In this document: one piece after another, positions 5,114 to 7,238 of the stretch
Layout: the number at the start of each line of letters is the position of its first letter
Numbering within the stretch: position 1 is the first letter of the stretch
Virus record (IMG/VR): IMGVR_UViG_3300035530_000070
Span: 1 to 7,238 of that record
DNA from: a virus
Reading direction: 5' to 3' (one strand)
Length of the DNA stretch: 7,238 bases
Translations under genes and position numbers: made by a program
The notes under the pieces: generated by a model
The model's input: the letters and a program-made list of their open reading frames with translations, nothing else
Database searches by the model: none
Told to the model about the DNA's origin: nothing

Positions 5114-6289
5114 CTAGAATGGTATAGCGCACTTTTGATGATTGTCCGACCACGGCGCATAACTTGGCGGATTTTTGATAAACTTTTCATGAACTCTTAA
5201 ACGTTTTGGATAGAAGTCTTTTTTCTCTGTTTGGAGAAGGTCAAGAATCTTGCTATCGTCAGGCACTAGATGACCGTTGCTGTCTTTTTTCACAAACAAT
5301 TCACGATAAGCAGCGATATAGCGTCCAGCTTGACGTTTCCATATTTCAATAGATTTATTTAGGCTGATTTCAGCTTCTTTTTGTGTGCAAGGGATACGGC
5401 TCACCGTGTCCAATATCTCACCTTTTGCGTGCTCGATAAGCTCCAAGCAGTAAGGATAAGCACCAGCAAAGTATTCAGTCGGACTGATTAACATTTCAAA
5501 GGGCAGATGACGACCAGCAGAGCCAAATTCTATTTCACTTCTGAACCAGGGGCTTTCAGCATCGCCGAACTTTTTGCCTTTTTCATAGCCACGGTATAAT
5601 TTGCCATTCTCACGTTTGCCTATTTGGAGCGTACGACCCGCACCAGTGGGACGTTTCCAGTCGCCTAAGTGCTGGACAGTTGGTAGCTTGTTAGTTAGGG
5701 CAAACATACCTTGACTGTCAGCAGTGTCAGCGATTTCAGGCGATGAGTAAGAGCCTTCAAAGTCGTCATGTGCTAAATCAATGCGCGTTAGCTTTGGATT
5801 GACAGCATCACACTTTAAAAAGTTATAAAGGTTATGTTCCCAGTAGTTATCAGCGTATTGGCAGCCAGTACCAGTAACCATAATCAGCACAGTGTTAGCT
5901 TGGCCACCGATGCCAATAGTTCCGAGCTTTGCGTCATTGCTTCCAATGGTGAAGCCATACTTATAAAAGTGAATACCTTTACCGTTATAGGTGACGTTTG
6001 AGAAGTCAGAGCCGAAAATGTCAGATAAAACGGTACTTACATCGAATATAAATTCTTTAATTAGTTCTAATTTTTCAGCTTCGGGCATTTCTGTGTCATT
6101 CAACACGCCTTCAAAATCGCCATAGGTTTCAACATGGGTGACGAAGTTGACAGCATCAATGATGACTTGTTCATGGCCGACTGGCACACGTATAGGTATA
6201 AGCTCAACGCCTTTTGAAGTTCGGACAGTGAGCTCTTGCTTAGATGCAATGGCAGAAATCTTTTTTCTATAGTCAAGTGTCGTTTTCAT
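5114..6289 (-). CDS. Rolling-circle replication initiator of the Rep_trans (pT181 RepC / CTXphi RstA) type, 391 aa from the ATG at 6289.
   Basis: Blocks typical of the family as recalled: LTRIDLAHDDFEG, GKLYRGYEKGKKFG (candidate catalytic Tyr context) and WFRSEIEF. It is the first large gene of the operon. The track's TTG start at 6415 would overlap the upstream ORF by 53 nt and read through a hairpin, so the ATG at 6289 is preferred. Confidence 0.85.
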   Translation of the reverse strand: MKTTLDYRKKISAIASKQELTVRTSKGVELIPIRVPVGHEQVIIDAVNFVTHVETYGDFEGVLNDTEMPEAEKLELIKEFIFDVSTVLSDIFGSDFSNVTYNGKGIHFYKYGFTIGSNDAKLGTIGIGGQANTVLIMVTGTGCQYADNYWEHNLYNFLKCDAVNPKLTRIDLAHDDFEGSYSSPEIADTADSQGMFALTNKLPTVQHLGDWKRPTGAGRTLQIGKRENGKLYRGYEKGKKFGDAESPWFRSEIEFGSAGRHLPFEMLISPTEYFAGAYPYCLELIEHAKGEILDTVSRIPCTQKEAEISLNKSIEIWKRQAGRYIAAYRELFVKKDSNGHLVPDDSKILDLLQTEKKDFYPKRLRVHEKFIKNPPSYAPWSDNHQKCAIPF

Positions 6290-6308
6290 GTCAAATATCC
6301 GTCCCGTT

Positions 6309-6336
6309 ACCCCCGTGTTACAAATGGGGGTTTTTT
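6309..6336 (+). terminator. Terminator-like hairpin plus T6 run on the PLUS strand, antisense to the rep leader.
   Basis: ACCCCCGT (6309-6316) pairs with ATGGGGGT (6324-6331) around the 7-nt loop GTTACAA. It is followed directly by TTTTTT (6331-6336). It lies in the 73-nt gap between the 80-aa ORF and rep. Confidence 0.35.
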
Positions 6337-6362
6337 CGTTCCCACGATTTATACGTCTAGTT

Positions 6363-6605
6363 TCATTTATCGAAAAATAATCTGATATTTTCGTTTTCAC
6401 TGCGGATAATGTCAAGGTAAGTTGAAATCATGACGGCAGATAGATTATTATCAGCAGCGATGTATTCAAGATATTCCAAGCACTCCTCTCCAATGTCGGC
6501 AACGTTACCAGTAGAGATAACAGAGCTTGCACGCTCAGAGATAAGACGAGCGGCAAAGTTAATAGCTGCTTGATTAAATTCTATTTCATTCGAGTAAAAA
6601 ATCAT
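6363..6605 (-). CDS. Hypothetical acidic 80-aa protein immediately upstream of rep.
   Basis: It is an ATG-initiated ORF co-oriented with the operon, and its AT-rich codon usage resembles that of its neighbours. No motif was recognised. Confidence 0.55.
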   Translation of the reverse strand: MIFYSNEIEFNQAAINFAARLISERASSVISTGNVADIGEECLEYLEYIAADNNLSAVMISTYLDIIRSENENIRLFFDK

Positions 6606-6627
6606 GAGCTACCGCCCTTCGGTTGCT

Positions 6628-6687
6628 GGGTCAATCATTAATAATTGATAACTAAAAAGACAGTTATCAATGATTAATGATTCGACC
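6628..6687. repeat. Long AT-rich inverted repeat (hairpin/cruciform) in an intergenic gap.
   Basis: Arm 6635-6653 (TCATTAATAATTGATAACT) pairs with arm 6662-6680 (AGTTATCAATGATTAATGA) at 18 of 19 positions. The loop is AAAAAGAC. The stem extends with one bulge to GGTCAA (6629-6634) and TTCGACC (6681-6687). A separate small GC hairpin lies at 6607-6627 (AGCTACCG-CCCTT-CGGTTGCT). Confidence 0.75.
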
Positions 6688-6688
6688 T

Positions 6689-6778
6689 CTAAATCTTGTT
6701 AAAAATCATTGCTACACCATAAGCAGCAAGAGACATAATGAAAAAGATGGTAGAAAATACAGCTATGAAATCAAGCAT
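6689..6778 (-). CDS. Candidate 29-aa hydrophobic micro-ORF (MLDFIAVFSTIFFIMSLAAYGVAMIFNKI).
   Basis: My own translation of the minus strand. Its ATG overlaps the stop of the upstream 69-aa ORF as TAATG (6780-6776). It forms a single transmembrane-length hydrophobic stretch with a basic end, similar in size to Ff pVII/pIX. It is below the ORF-track cut-off. Confidence 0.35.
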   Translation of the reverse strand: MLDFIAVFSTIFFIMSLAAYGVAMIFNKI

Positions 6779-6987
6779 TAGATTAAGTCCTTAACGTTGC
6801 CATTGGAGACACTGACAGGACGAAAGAAGTAAGAACGCAAAACATGATGAATGGCATAAGCTAGAAAATAAAACACAAACAACGTCATCAATATTAATAA
6901 GGCAATAGCTAGTTTTTGTTGCTGTAGTTCGAGTAATAATTGGTCAGAGACTAAAAGATTGACGCCAAAGAAAGGTTGATAGTTCAT
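6778..6987 (-). CDS. Hypothetical 69-aa membrane protein (from the ATG at 6987).
   Basis: GGAG lies 8 nt upstream of the ATG at 6987, within TTGGAGTGACTACTATG. The upstream ORF's TGA stop lies inside this spacer. A central transmembrane helix is present (LAIALLILMTLFVFYFLAYAI). The track's GTG start at 6996 adds 3 codons. Confidence 0.55.
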   Translation of the reverse strand: MNYQPFFGVNLLVSDQLLLELQQQKLAIALLILMTLFVFYFLAYAIHHVLRSYFFRPVSVSNGNVKDLI

Positions 6988-6992
6988 AGTAG

Positions 6993-7175
6993 TCACTCCA
7001 AGTTCAAAGGCTGATTGCAGCCATTAACAGGAGGGCAGAAAAAGATGCCCCCATCCGTTTCTGCCTCATCCGTATCAGGGATATGCTCGGAAACTTCTGG
7101 AGGACAGGGGCAAGAGGTGACGCTTTCAGCCAGTGAAGGAAGCCAAGCGTTTATAGGTTTATTGTTAGCAGACAT
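6993..7175 (-). CDS. Hypothetical 60-aa acidic, Pro-rich, 4-Cys protein. It is the first gene of the minus-strand operon.
   Basis: GGAG lies 8 nt upstream of the ATG at 7175, within CTGGAGTGTTCAAAATG. The sequence is MSANNKPINAWLPSLAESVTSCPCPPEVSEHIPDTDEAETDGGIFFCPPVNGCNQPLNLE, with a CxC...Cx5C cysteine pattern. Its 5' end lies in the terminal redundancy and is therefore also present at 1-64. Confidence 0.55.
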   Translation of the reverse strand: MSANNKPINAWLPSLAESVTSCPCPPEVSEHIPDTDEAETDGGIFFCPPVNGCNQPLNLE

Positions 7176-7238
7176 TTTGAACACTCCAGAATAGTGTAAG
7201 ATTAAATTAACAAATATATGATTAATTGGAACAACTCA
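7112..7238. repeat. Terminal redundancy copy B, identical to 1-127. It marks circular closure.
   Basis: Same comparison as for copy A. Position p here equals p-7111 in the unique unit. Confidence 0.97.

Larger units (their letters stand above)
1..7238. mobile_element. Complete circular filamentous-phage (inovirus-like) genome or replicative form. The unique length is 7111 bp and the window overlaps itself by 127 bp.
   Basis: There is an exact 127-bp terminal redundancy. The full inovirus gene set is present in canonical order (Rep, ssDNA-binding-size ORF, small membrane ORF, major coat, pIII-like, pVI-like, pI/Zot), plus an integrase, an attP-like tRNA fragment and a divergent HTH regulator. 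Confidence 0.85.

Noticed and set aside
6290-6415. A 42-codon N-terminal extension of Rep from the TTG at 6415.
   Set aside because: It would overlap the 80-aa ORF by 53 nt, use a rare start codon and translate through the 6309-6336 hairpin. The ATG at 6289 follows a plausible ribosome-binding site (ACGGA) and gives a typical Rep_trans length.
1-7238. CRISPR arrays, rRNA genes, insertion sequences or defence-system genes.
   Set aside because: There are no regularly spaced repeats, no rRNA-like sequence, and no transposase, nuclease or large ATPase ORFs beyond the phage Rep, Zot and Int genes. The coding capacity is fully accounted for by the phage genes.

Overview
The window is a complete, circularly closed filamentous-phage (inovirus-like) genome. 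Bases 1-127 recur exactly at 7112-7238, so the unique unit is 7111 bp and the window is a circle opened inside a small ORF.

Nearly all genes lie on the minus strand as one tightly packed operon. Several upstream stop codons sit inside the next gene's Shine-Dalgarno sequence (TAGGAG, TAAAGGA, TAAGGA), and several junctions overlap as ATGA or TAATG. Gene order is:
- four small ORFs of unknown function (60-aa 4-Cys, 69-aa membrane, 29-aa hydrophobic, 80-aa acidic)
- a Rep_trans/RstA-like rolling-circle initiator
- a gV-position ssDNA-binding candidate
- a 61-aa membrane protein
- the major coat protein (signal peptide, then an acidic/hydrophobic/basic mature part)
- a 20-aa micro-ORF
- a pIII-like adsorption protein
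- a pVI/Ace-position membrane protein
- a pI/Zot assembly ATPase
- a small tyrosine integrase

One divergent plus-strand XRE/Cro-type HTH regulator faces this operon across a 108-bp AT-rich switch region (65-172).

The 3' ~45-50 nt of a tRNA-Arg(CCG) gene lies on the minus strand at 398-447, between the regulator and the integrase. This is the probable attP core, and it lies inside the 3' part of the regulator ORF.

No secretin gene is present. The short intergenic gaps carry conspicuous hairpins (2985-3048, 6309-6336, 6628-6687). They are candidates for origin, packaging or attenuation signals, but sequence alone cannot assign them.

Protein family calls rest on motifs read by eye. No database search was possible.
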